Source of the DNA: Macrostomum hystrix
Taxonomy: Eukaryota > Animalia > Platyhelminthes
Assembly: GCA_950097015.1 (NCBI GenBank)
Contig: CATNEN010000014.1
Coordinates: forward strand, 1,798,001 to 1,862,000
Reading direction: 5' to 3'
Length of the DNA stretch: 64,000 nt
In this document: piece by piece, positions 49,851 to 61,128 of the stretch
Layout of the letters: the number at the start of each line of letters is the position of its first letter
Numbering within the stretch: the first letter of the stretch is position 1
Notes under the pieces: generated by a model
The model's input: the letters and a program-made list of their open reading frames with translations, nothing else
What the model was told of the DNA's origin: nothing
Database searches by the model: none
Position numbers and translations under genes: made by a program

Positions 49851-50518
49851 ATAATTTTCTATCCCAGTCCAGTCTCGCTCTGGGCAGTCGCCCAAGCGGA
49901 CAAACTCAATTAAGGCAGGCAAGCCGTGCTCTCGCAGTTGTTAGCTCGGCTGTCCAGTAGTTTCGCAGCATTCTAAACAGGAAAGCACACTCATGGCGGG
50001 CAGGGCACACGCGAATTGTTTATCAATTCTACATTTCCAGCATGCACTTTTAGTTTTTGGCCCAGCCAGCACGGAGCGTGAGGGAGAGAGACAGAGAGAG
50101 GGCAGCGCCAATTCTCCTGTGGGTGCAGAAAGCGGAGAGTTGGCTAATGCTATGCCAGCTAGTTTAAGGGTTCACTGAGCCAAGCCAGCTAGTGTTAAAT
50201 AATGCAGACAGTGCCGCGGCTGTGTGTACATTCAGCTGCCACTGCCAGCGTGGCCTGGTATTAGGTTCTGTCTGTTATTCTAGTTGGCACTGTACTGAGC
50301 CGCACTACGCAGGATCCAGGGTACTCACACAGCTCAATTCAACCGTGCTCAGCGATGCTGCAGTGTGAGAATGGCTGAATTGAAGTTAATTCTCTCTTTA
50401 CACGACTGAAGTTTTTTCTGGCTGCAGGGCGACAACAGCAAAACATTCCCTAGGACCCTGCGTACTTTTGTAGCAACTGTCTATGGCTTCTTGGATAAAG
50501 AAGCTCCAAAATTGGTTT

Positions 50519-51290
50519 TGGGATCACGGGATTCTGTTAGGATTGGGATCACGGGATGCTGTTAGGATTGGGATCACGGGATGCTGTTAGGATTGGGATC
50601 ACGGGATGCTGTTAGGATTGGGATCACGGGATTCTGTTAGGATTGGGATCACGGGATGCTGTTAGGATTGGGATCAGGGGATTCTGTTAGGATTGGGATC
50701 AGGGGATTCTGTTAGGATTGGGATCAGGGGATTCTGTTAGGATTGGGATCAGGGGATTCTGTTAGGATTGGGATCAGGGGATTCTGTTAGGATTGGGATC
50801 AGGGGATTCTGTTAGGATTGGGATCAGGGGATTCTGTTAGGATTGGGATCAGGGGATTCTGTTTGGAAAGAGATTAGTGGATTCTGTTGGAATCGGGATT
50901 AGGGATTCTTTTGGGGTTGAAATCAGGGGATTCTTTTGGTGTTGGGATTAGGGATTCTTTTGAAATTGGGATTAGGGATTCTTTTGGAATTGGGATTAGG
51001 GATTCTTTTGGAATTGGGATTAGGGATTCTTTTGGAATTGGGATTAGGGATTCTTTTGGAATTGGGATTAGGGATTCTTTTGGAATTGGGATTAGGGATT
51101 CTTTTGGGATTTTGATCATGGGATTATTTTGGGATTGGCATCATGGGATTATGTGGGGATTAGGATTAGGGGATCCTGTTAGGATTGGGATCAGAGGATC
51201 CTGTTGGGATTGAGAATCGGGGATTATATTGCGATTAGGATCACGGGATTCTTTTGGGATTGGGATCATGGGATTCTGTTCGGATCAGGA
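50519..51290. repeat. Compound 25-bp / 24-bp minisatellite before the exon 5 acceptor
   Basis: GGATCA(C/G)GGGAT(G/T)CTGTTAGGATTG, then GGGATTAGGGATTCTTTTGGAATT, then degenerate copies. Confidence 0.9.
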
Positions 51291-51337
51291 TGCGAAATCC
51301 ACGATCCATCCAGCATTAACCTCGCCCCTCCCCGCAG

Positions 51338-52592
51338 GCTCCGCTACAACAAGAAAGGCGCAGTCACGGCCGCCGGCTTCTGCGACATCGCCGACGCCGA
51401 GGCCGAGGACCTGGCGCTGTGGCTGCCGCAGACGCCGTTGCTGACTCCCAGCCTGGACAAGTCCACCGCCCGTTACATCCTCGGCTTCGTGGCCGACAGC
51501 TTCGAGGACCTCGCCGGCAACGAGAAGCAGATCCTGCGCAAGCGCGGGCCCGCCGTCGGCGGCGGCTCCCCGAAGTCCGACTCGTCCTCCTCTTCCTCGC
51601 AGCCGCAGCAGCAGCGCCAGCAGCCGCCTCAGCCGTTGCTATGGAAACGCCCGGTCTCCGGAGTGCGCGAGGTCTGCGACCAGTGCGAGACGGCCCTGTT
51701 CAACGCGCACTACAGCTGCCTGAAGTGCGGCTACGCCGTCTGCACCGACTGCGCCGCAGGCAGGCGCGGCCAGATGGCGCCGAACTCCTCGGCTGCCTCC
51801 GGCTCCGGCGGCTCCGACTCGACCGGCGACTCCAGCGCAGCCCCGCCGCCGGCCACCCGCCTCAAGCAGCTGATGAATGCGGCCACGGCAGCTGCCGCAG
51901 TTGCCGCCGCCGCAGCCGCGGCCGCCGCCTCGTCCGGCTCCAGCTCGGACAGCTCCGCCAGTGCGGCCTCCTCGGCTGCGGCAGCCGCCGCCGCCGCCGC
52001 AGCCGCCGCCGCCGCCAGCTGCTGCACGGCCAACCGACAGCCGCACGACCCGGAGCGCCTCGTCCTGACCTGCATCGCTGTGCCCACAGACGCTCTGACG
52101 AAGCTGACGAACGAGCTTGTCAGGCTGGACCCCGACCGAATGTCGCCGGAGCAGCCGCCGCAGCTGATGTCGGCTGGCCGGCAGCCGTTCGAGTGGCTGA
52201 ACGAGGCCGGCCGCACCGAGGCTGGCCCGGACATGACGGCGCCCGGAGCCGACGGCGCCGCCCGGCTGCTGCTCCGCCTGCGAGAGCCTCACCACCCCGG
52301 CAACCTGGCCGCCTTCCAGCGCCAGTGGCGGCGCAGCCTGCCGGTGGTCGTCAGTGGCTGCGACCGCTTCGTCTCGTCGTCGCTGTGGCACCCGCGCACC
52401 TTCAGCCGGCAGTTCGGAAGCTGCCGCGCCAACGTGGTGAACTGCCAGGCCGGAGCCGAGCTGCCCCCGAATCCCATGAAGTTCTTCTGGGACGGCTTCG
52501 AGAGCATCAAGAAGCGGCTGAAGGACTCGGCGACTGGCGAGCCGCTGAACCTCAAGCTGAAGGACTGGCCGCCTGGGGACGACTTTCAACAG
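51338..52592 (+). CDS. KDM3: KDM3/JMJD1-family demethylase, exon 5 (zinc finger, start of the JmjC region)
   Basis: Acceptor CCCGCAG| (phase 2). Encodes LRYNKKG, CDQCETALFNAHYSCLKCGYAVCTDC, FQRQWRRSLPVVVSG, FWDGFE and LKLKDWPP. Donor CAG|GTGTGC at 52593. Confidence 0.93.
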
Positions 52593-53295
52593 GTGTGCAG
52601 CCCCCAGGTGTCTACCGATAGAAAATCTTCTTTCGAAGGTTTAGATGTATCCGTAGCGATAATCCTATCGTTACTCATATTCTGTAGAGCTTTTCTAAGC
52701 CTTTTGTCCAGGCTAGTTCCTGACATCCTTTGTCTCATTGGCGCCCTCACGAACTCCCTGCCAACTGAGCCCAACTCGAAACCGGGCATGCGAGTTTCTG
52801 CAACACTGCCGCCACCTCATCTGAGTGTCATCATCCGGGGGGCTTGTAGCAATCGCGACTCATCTCCGTCCGCTCCTGCTTCTGCTCTCCGCCCACATTT
52901 CCAATCCAACCAACCTCCCTTTCTCCCCTCTGCCTCTCTCCTCCCTCGCTGCGGGCTGACTGACGTCACGCAAAGCTCGACAACGGATTCTGCGGCCTTC
53001 ACTCTCTTTTTAGCTCTGTCACTTCCTAAGCAATGTTCTTTGTTCTTTTCGCAAATTTAGGAGCTTTTTTCGAGATATACTACTGACTTGCTGGAATCAG
53101 TAGCAATACGAGAAAGGCTAAAAACGAATCTTTCCAACAACTTATCAATAACCTATTCGATATGTCAATCCCATATCGAATACTCAACTAGTCAACCTAC
53201 ATTCTCCACTACATTCAGACATTGACACATTCTCCGATATGTTTCGAAAGACAAAAGCTATTACGTAAGATTCTCTATATATCGTGCCACTGCAG

Positions 53296-53598
53296 ATTCT
53301 GCCAGATCGCTACGAGGACTTCCAGCGCGCGCTGCCCCTGCCGGAGTACAGCCGACGTGACGGCCGCCTCAACCTGGCCTGCCGCCTGCCCGCCTTCTTC
53401 GTGCAGCCGGACCTGGGGCCAAAGATGTACAATGCCTACGGCATGGCCCGCTGTGAGGCCACCGGCACCACCAACCTGCACCTGGACATCGCCGACGCCG
53501 TCAACCTGCTAGTGTACGTCGGAGTGCCCGAAGACGCCGTCGAGCAGCAGAAGGCGGCCGTTTATGCCGCGCTGGAGCGGGCCAAAGTGGACTCACAG
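53296..53598 (+). CDS. KDM3: KDM3/JMJD1-family demethylase, exon 6 (JmjC, HxD)
   Basis: Encodes [20 protein letters not shown]...[12 protein letters not shown]...[14 protein letters not shown]. Phase 0 at both ends, donor GTGAGC at 53599. Confidence 0.95.
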
Positions 53599-53614
53599 GT
53601 GAGCAGAGCCTCAC

Positions 53615-54016
53615 CACAAAATCCGCCCCTTTCTATTCACAAAATCCGCCCCTTTCAGGACACAACATCCGCCCATTTCTAGTCACAAAATCCGCCCCTT
53701 TCTAGTCACAAAATCCGCCCATTTCTAGTCACAAAATCCGCCCCTTTCTAGTCACAAAATCCGCCCATTTCTAGTCACAAAATCCGCCCCTTTCTAGTCA
53801 CAAAATCCGCCCATTTCTAGTCACAAAATCCGCCCCTTTCTAGTCACAAAATCCGCCCATTTCTAGTCACAAAATCCGCCCCTTTCTAGTCACAAAATCG
53901 CCCATTTCTAGTCACAAAATCCGCCCCTTTCTTGTCACAAAATCCGCCCATTTCTAGTCACAAAATCCGCCCCTTTCTAGTCACAAAATCCGCCCATTTC
54001 TAGTCACAAAATCCGC
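53615..54016. repeat. 23-bp minisatellite filling KDM3 intron 6
   Basis: AAATCCGCCC(C/A)TTTCTAGTCACA about 17 times. Confidence 0.95.
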
Positions 54017-54026
54017 CACCATGCAG

Positions 54027-54302
54027 GTCCTTCGCTCCGTGACGATGGAGCGCCGCGTCCCCGGCGCCCTGTGGCAGATTTTCAGCCCGGCCGACGCGCC
54101 GGCAATGCGCCGCTTCCTGCATCGCGTGCTGGCCGAGCGTGGCGAACGGCCCGACCCGGACAGCGACCCGATCCACGACCAGCACGTGTACCTGAGCTCC
54201 GCCCTGCTGGACCGCCTGCGGGAGGAGCACGGAGTCCGACCCTTCACCATTGTGCAGTTCCTGGGCGATGCCATCTTCATCCCGGCTGGAGCGCCGCATC
54301 AG
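54027..54302 (+). CDS. KDM3: KDM3/JMJD1-family demethylase, exon 7 (JmjC, third Fe ligand His)
   Basis: Encodes PGALWQIF...DPIHDQHVYL...QFLGDAIFIPAGAPHQ. Acceptor ATGCAG| at 54026, donor GTGAGG at 54303. Confidence 0.93.
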
Positions 54303-54322
54303 GTGAGGAAAGACTTTAACAT

Positions 54323-55170
54323 GTGTCTGACAGGTGTAGCTTCTGTCTAACAGGTGTAGCTTCTGTCTAACAGGTGTAGCTTCTGTCTAACAGGTGTTGC
54401 TTCTGTCTAACAGGTGTAGCTTCTGTCTAACAGGTGTAGCTTCTGTCTAACAGGTGTAGCTTCTGTCTAACAGGTGAAGCTTCTGTCTAACAGGTGTTGC
54501 TTCTGTCTAACAGGTGTTGCTTCTGTCTAACAGGTGTAGCTTCTGTCTAACAGGTGTAGCTTCTGTCTAACAGGTGTAGCTTCTGTCTAACAGGTGAAGC
54601 TTCTGTCTAACAGGTGTAGCTTCTGTCTAACAGGTGTTGCTTCTGTCTAACAGGTGTAGCTTCTGTCTAACAGGAGTAGCTTCTGTCTAACAGGTGTAGC
54701 TTCTGTCTAACAGGAGTAGCTTCTGTCTAACAGGTGTAGCTTCTGTCTAACAGGTGTAGCTTCTGTCTAACAGGTGTAGCTTCTGTCTAACAGGTGTTGC
54801 TTCTGTCTAACAGGTGTAGCTTCGGTCTAACAGGTGAAGCTTCTGTCTAACAGTAGCTTCTGTCTAACAGGTGTAGCTTCTGTCTAACAGTAGCTTCTGT
54901 CTAACAGTAGCTTCTGTCTAACAGGTGTAGCTTCGGTCTAACAGGTGAAGCTTCTGTCTAACAGGTGTTGCTTCTGTCTAACAGGTGTTGCTTCTGTCTA
55001 ACAGGTGTAGCTTCTGTCTAACAGGTGTAGCTTCTGTCTAACAGGTGTAGCTTCTGTCTAACAGGTGAAGCTTCTGTCTAACAGGTGTAGCTTCTGTCTA
55101 ACAGGTGAAGCTTCTGTCTAACAGGTGTAGCTTCTGTCTAACAGGTGAAGCTTCTGTCTCACAGGTGTAG
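54323..55170. repeat. 20-bp minisatellite filling KDM3 intron 7
   Basis: TTCTGTCTAACAGGTGTAGC about 42 times. Confidence 0.96.
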
Positions 55171-55188
55171 CCCCACCCCGCTCCTTAG

Positions 55189-55380
55189 GTGCGCAATCTT
55201 CACAGCTGCATCAAGGTGGCTACGGACTTTGTCAGCCCCGAGAACATCAAGCAGTGCCTGATGCTCACCCGGGAGTTCCGTCAGCTCTCGGCAGCCCACA
55301 CCAACCACGAGGACAAGCTGCAGGTGAAGAACATGATCTACCACAGCGTCAAGGACTGTGTGGCCGTCCTGTCCCAGTAG
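55189..55380 (+). CDS. KDM3: KDM3/JMJD1-family demethylase, last exon
   Basis: Acceptor CTCCTTAG|. Encodes [19 protein letters not shown]...[18 protein letters not shown], then TAG. The eight exons sum to 4887 nt (1628 aa plus stop) with consistent phases. Confidence 0.95.
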   Translation: MRNLHSCIKVATDFVSPENIKQCLMLTREFRQLSAAHTNHEDKLQVKNMIYHSVKDCVAVLSQ

Positions 55381-56622
55381 CGCCTCTTCGACCCGCTCGA
55401 CTCTGCACTGGTCTTTGTTCTCACTGATTTCTGCCGAGTCTTTGTCAGCCCACTTAGAGAATCGACTATATTTGACTCGGATTTTCTCCACCTGTTTGCC
55501 ATGGTTACTAGGATATTAGCTAGCAGTAGTGGCACGCATCTTAGTCTTTGACAGCTTCTTGTCAGTGTCCGTGGCTCTCCCGCTGTCATTCGCTATTCTC
55601 AGTGTCCGTGGACTGTACCTTTTGTCTTTTTCTCCCAATCCCCCGAGGAGCAAAGCCGAGCCGGCTGACCTGGCTATCTGGAATCCACCGTGTGCTGTCC
55701 AAGCTGTTGTTTTGCATTTTCTCCCACCCGCTAGAAAACTGATAAAAACTTAAAATAAACTTCTTGTTGCTGAATATTTCCTTTCGAAACCCAAGTCCTT
55801 CTCTGTTGGCATCCGTCACTGGATTCTGAAATTTCATTTGCTTTATTTTTCCAACTGCTCCCACCAAATCCACACCAACTTAAAAAAACAATTTCGCGCG
55901 ATTTCAAAAAGTAGTTGTTTTGTTTTAATTCTTTGATTTAAGCAGATAAATGGCAATATCATTTCTATAAATAGACTGATTTGGGCATAGTGGGCCTGAG
56001 TCATGCAAAGTGAATGGCGGTGTCACAATGGCTTGCTATTAATACAGTTACTACTTACTATAATTATTAATTTTATTTTTTTCTTCTCATACAGTCCGGT
56101 TACTTCGCTACTCTCTTCGCGCGCGAATGTTTTGTCTTTGTTTGTTTGTTTACTTGTTTGTTTACTTGTTTGTTTGTCTATGTATTTGTGTTTCGCTAAT
56201 TAACACCTGTTGAGGATCCCGCCACCGCGCTTATATCGCCACAATTTATCAAATCCATTATTTGTCTGCGCTTATCAACTGTAAATGTGTTACGGATCAA
56301 TTGTTATCGCTGTTCTATGCGCATCTGCAAATCCTTATTAGAGTGCCGCCCAGGTAAAGTTCCGAGTTCCTTCAATGACTGACCCCGGCGTTGCCCCCTG
56401 ACTGTTAAATAAAATCTGGATGGTGTTGAAAGGCTACACTAATGAGTCATGATTTGTGGACAAAAATGCACCAAATTCGGTTATGCAGAAATCGCGAACT
56501 CGCTTACCTGCCGTCATGGCTGCTGTTTTTTATTTATACTCGTGCGACCAACATTCAGCCACATGTCAAAGTCGAAATGACAGTCAGAATGGCACCAATA
56601 CCAGAATATACGGAGACACTGC

Positions 56623-58862
56623 TCTGTCTAACAGATGTAGCTTCTGTCTAACAGTAGCTTCTGTCTAACAGTAGCTTCTGTCTAACAGGTGTAGCTTCTG
56701 TCTAACAGTAGCTTCTGTCTAACAGGTGTAGCTTCTGTCTAACAGTAGCTTCTGTCTAACAGGTGTCAGAGAGCAATCAGAGAGCTTCTGTCTAACAGGT
56801 GTAGCTTCTGTCTAACAGTAGCTTCTGTCTAACAGTAGCTTCTGTCTAACAGTAGCTTCTGTCTAACAGTAGCTTCTGTCTAACAGGTGTAGCTTCTGTC
56901 TAACAGTAGCTTCTGTCTAACAGGTGTAGCTTCTGTCTAACAGTAGCTTCTGTCTAACAGGTGTCAGAGAGCAATCAGAGAGCTTCTGTCTAACAGGTGT
57001 AGCTTCTGTCTAACAGTAGCTTCTGTCTAACAGTAGCTTCTGTCTAACAGTAGCTTCTGTCTAACAGTAGCTTCTGTCTAACAGGTGTAGCTTCTGTCTA
57101 ACAGTAGCTTCTGTCTAACAGGAGTAGCTTCTGTATAACAGGTGTAGCTTCTGTCTAACAGGTGTAGCTTCTGTCTAACAAGTGTAGCTTCTGTCTAACA
57201 AGTGTAGCTTCTGTCTAACAGGTGTAGCTTCTGTCTAACAAGTGTAGCTTCTGTCTAACAAGTGTAGCTTCTGTCTAACAAGTGTAGCTTCTGTCTAACA
57301 AGTGTAGCTTCTGTCTAACAGGTGTAGCTTCTGTCTAACAGGTGTAGCTTCTGTCTAACAAGTGTAGCTTCTGTCTAACAAGTGTAGCTTCTGTCTAACA
57401 GGTGTAGCTTCTGTCTAACAAGTGTAGCTTCTGTCTAACAAGTGTAGCTTCTGTCTAACAGGTGTAGCTTCTGTCTAACAAGTGTAGCTTCTGTCTAACA
57501 GGTGTAGCTTCTGTCTAACAGGTGTAGCTTCTGTCTAACAGGTGTAGCGTCTGTCTAACAGGTGTCAGAGAGCAATCAGAGAGCTTCTGTCTAACAGGTG
57601 TAGCTTCTGTCTAACAGTAGCTTCTGTCTAACAGGTGTAGCTTCTGTCTAACAGTAGCTTCTGTATAACAGGTGAAGCTTCTGTCTAACAGGTGTTGCTT
57701 CTGTCTAACAGGTGTAGCTTCTGTCTAACAGGTGTAGCTTCTGTCTAACAAGTGTAGCTTCTGTCTAACAGGTGTAGCGTCTGTCTAACAGGTGTCAGAG
57801 AGCAATCAGAGAGCTTCTGTCTAACAGGTGTAGCTTCTGTCTAACAGGTGTAGCTTCTGTCTAACAGGTGTAGCTTCTGTCTAACAGGTGTAGCTTCTGT
57901 CTAACAGGTGTAGCTTCTGTCTAACAGGTGTAGCTTCTGTCTAACAAGTGTAGCTTCTGTCTAACAAGTGTAGCTTCTGTCTAACAAGTGTAGCTTCTGT
58001 CTAACAAGTGTAGCTTCTGTCTAACAGGTGTAGCTTCTGTCTAACAGGTGTAGCTTCTGTCTAACAAGTGTAGCTTCTGTCTAACAAGTGTAGCTTCTGT
58101 CTAACAGGTGTAGCTTCTGTCTAACAAGTGTAGCTTCTGTCTAACAAGTGTAGCTTCTGTCTAACAGGTGTAGCTTCTGTCTAACAAGTGTAGCTTCTGT
58201 CTAACAGGTGTAGCTTCTGTCTAACAGGTGTAGCTTCTGTCTAACAGGTGTAGCGTCTGTCTAACAGGTGTCAGAGAGCAATCAGAGAGCTTCTGTCTAA
58301 CAGGTGTAGCTTCTGTCTAACAGTAGCTTCTGTCTAACAGGTGTAGCTTCTGTCTAACAGTAGCTTCTGTATAACAGGTGAAGCTTCTGTCTAACAGGTG
58401 TTGCTTCTGTCTAACAGGTGTAGCTTCTGTCTAACAGGTGTAGCTTCTGTCTAACAAGTGTAGCTTCTGTCTAACAGGTGTAGCGTCTGTCTAACAGGTG
58501 TCAGAGAGCAATCAGAGAGCTTCTGTCTAACAGGTGTAGCTTCTGTCTAACAGGTGTAGCTTCTGTCTAACAGGTGTAGCTTCTGTCTAACAGGTGTAGC
58601 TTCTGTCTAACAGGTGTAGCTTCTGTCTAACAGGTGTAGCTTCTGTCTAACAGTAGCTTCTGTCTAACAGGTGAAGCTTCTGTCTAACAGGTGTAGCTTC
58701 TGTCTAACAGGTGTAGCTTCTGTCTAACAGCTGTAGCTTCTGTCTAACAGGTGTAGCTTCTGTCTAACAGGTGTAGCTTCTGTCTAACAGGTGTAGCTTC
58801 TGGCTAACAGGTGAAGCTTCTGTCTAACAGGTGTAGCGTCTGTCTAACAGGTGTAGCTTCTG
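56623..58862. repeat. Second, larger array of the same 20-bp unit with higher-order structure
   Basis: TTCTGTCTAACA(G/A)GTGTAGC plus 17-bp deletion variants and six CAGAGAGCAATCAGAGAG inserts. Confidence 0.96.
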
Positions 58863-59381
58863 CCTTCTGTCATTCCTTCTTTCTCCCATTCGTATGAGGC
58901 AAAAGTACAAATGAAAGACCCAATTTCTCTGACTGCTCGGGGCCGACGATAATTATCCCGAATAAAGTGAGGAGGCTGTTCGCTGATTAAAGGGGCCGCG
59001 AGTGGCTTTGATGTCGCAGCTGCAGCAAAAGCAGCAGTTGCTGCTTCAAAGCTTGCGGACTGAGATTGTTATTCTGCACCGGCGCTGAAAACGGGACAAT
59101 TTTCAGCGGTCGCCGCTGGGAATAAAAATGAAACTGGTTTAGCCTTTGGGGTGGGGGGGAGAGGCAAATGACATTTTTTAGCTCATGCGACTTTTTAGGG
59201 AGTCACGAAACGCGGGAGTTAAAACTAAGCGACTGAATCTGGAATTATTCTGACACCTGAAATACGATGAATTCTTGGAAACTCTTGAAATGCAATGAAA
59301 ACGGAATCTCACGAGAGAATTCCTGGCTTCTGACATTGAACAATGCGCTTGTGCATTTACAAGAAATATGGGTGCTAAATC

Positions 59382-60199
59382 AGAATCCCATAAGAACTCA
59401 AAGAATCCCATAAGAACTCAAAGAATCCCATAAGAACTCAAAGAATCCCATAAGAACGCAAAGAATCCCATAAGAACGCAAAGAATCCCATAAGAACTCA
59501 AAGAATCCCATAAGAACTCAAAGAATCCCATAAGAACTCAAAGAATCCCATAAGAACGCAAAGAATCCCATAAGAACTCAAAGAATCCCATAAGAACTCA
59601 AAGAATCCCATAAGAACTCAAAGAATCCCATAAGAACTCAAAGAATCCCATAAGAACTCAAAGAATCCCATAAGAACTCAAAGAATCCCATAAGAACTCA
59701 AAGAATCCCATAAGAACTCAAAGAATCCCATAAGAACTCAAAGAATCCCATAAGAACTCAAAGAATCCCATAAGAACTCAAAGAATCCCATAAGAACTCA
59801 AAGAATCCCATAAGAACGCAAAGAATCCCATAAGAACTCAAAGAATCCCATAAGAACGCAAAGAATCCCATAAGAACGCAAAGAATCCCATAAGAACTCA
59901 AAGAATCCCATAAGAACTCAAAGAATCCCATAAGAACTCAAAGAATCCCATAAGAACTCAAAGAATCCCATAAGAACTCAAAGAATCCCATAAGAACTCA
60001 AAGAATCCCATAGGAACTCAAAGAATCCCATAAGAACTCAAAGAATCCCATAAGAACTCAAAGAATCCCATAAGAACGCAAAGAATCCCATAAGAACGCA
60101 AAGAATCCCATAAGAACTCAAAGAATCCCATAAGAACTCAAAGAATCCCATAAGAACTCAAAGAATCCCATAAGAACTCAAAGAATCCCATAAGAACTC
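59382..60199. repeat. 20-bp minisatellite (~41 copies)
   Basis: AAGAATCCCATAAGAAC(T/G)CA. Confidence 0.97.
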
Positions 60200-60789
60200 C
60201 AAGTCCAAGAATCTAAATAGAACTGCAGTGACTTCTTAAAATGTCTATAAATTTTCTTAAAGTCCTCACAATAAGAGCCTGTGCCAGTGGGTACGGCACT
60301 GAGCGAACTGAAAAACTGCAGGCAGAAGCCGTCTAGCCGAGAATCAAATGTGTTAACCAAGAGATAAGGAGGGGCAGAAGGGTAACACGATTACGGACGG
60401 GCCAGAGGGTAAGAGCTGAAAAGGAGGGGTGAGGAAGGAGAGACGAGCAGCTAGCCAATCAGAGACGAGGGAAAGGAAAGAGAAGTGAAGGCTAGCTTAG
60501 AAGTTTAACAGATAGAGCGAAAAGGAGAAATTACAATTAAGGGGGCGCTCGAGCGCAAATAACTTAAAGTAAGCATGGAATGGCGATTTTGCATTTCGAG
60601 TAATCAATATTTATTTTCAATTGTTCCTTGGGTTACTTTACCCTCTATGGGTGAGCCATAGTTTAGTCGAATCCCTTTGGTCTTGAAATGGGCAACCCTA
60701 TCTCTATATTTGAAAATTCGAGATCAGATTCCAGTTCCTGCTGGGATTTGGGTTTCGAGATAGGGTTGGGGGTTATAAATAGGATGGGG

Positions 60790-60948
60790 ATTTGAGATGG
60801 GATCGCGGTTTGAGATGGGATTGGGGTTTGAGATGGGATTGGGGTTTGAGATAAGGATGGGGGTTTGAGATGGGATTGGGGTTTGAGATGGGATTGGGGT
60901 TTGAGATGGGATTGGGGTTTGAGATGGGATTGGGATTTGAGATGGGGT
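60790..60948. repeat. 18-bp G-rich minisatellite
   Basis: GGGATTGGGGTTTGAGAT about 8 times. Confidence 0.88.
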
Positions 60949-61128
60949 TATTTTTCAGTTGCCAATTGACTAAGAAATTAAATTGGGCATGAGTTTCGAA
61001 TGCATTGCAAAAGTCAATATAAAAGGTCGTTCAAATGTCAATTTAAAAACAGTTGATTTCGCTGGCTAGCAGGAACATTTCTAGTGTTCTATTTCCAATG
61101 ATTGGCAGTGGGCAGTCAGCAGCCGCAG

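Noticed and set aside
47625-49960. 300-380-aa ORFs in KDM3 intron 4
   Set aside because: Read-through of the 22-bp and 33-bp arrays. The real exon (47528-47813) is in a different frame.
52593-53060. Open reading frame continuing past the exon 5 donor (ORF 51204-53060)
   Set aside because: Conserved JmjC sequence resumes in phase at 53296. The read-through peptide is non-conserved intron sequence, although intron retention cannot be excluded.
54303-55188. Intron creation by tandem duplication of an AGGT-containing exon segment
   Set aside because: The true donor and acceptor lie outside the array and the flanking exons do not resemble the repeat unit, so the array expanded inside a pre-existing intron.
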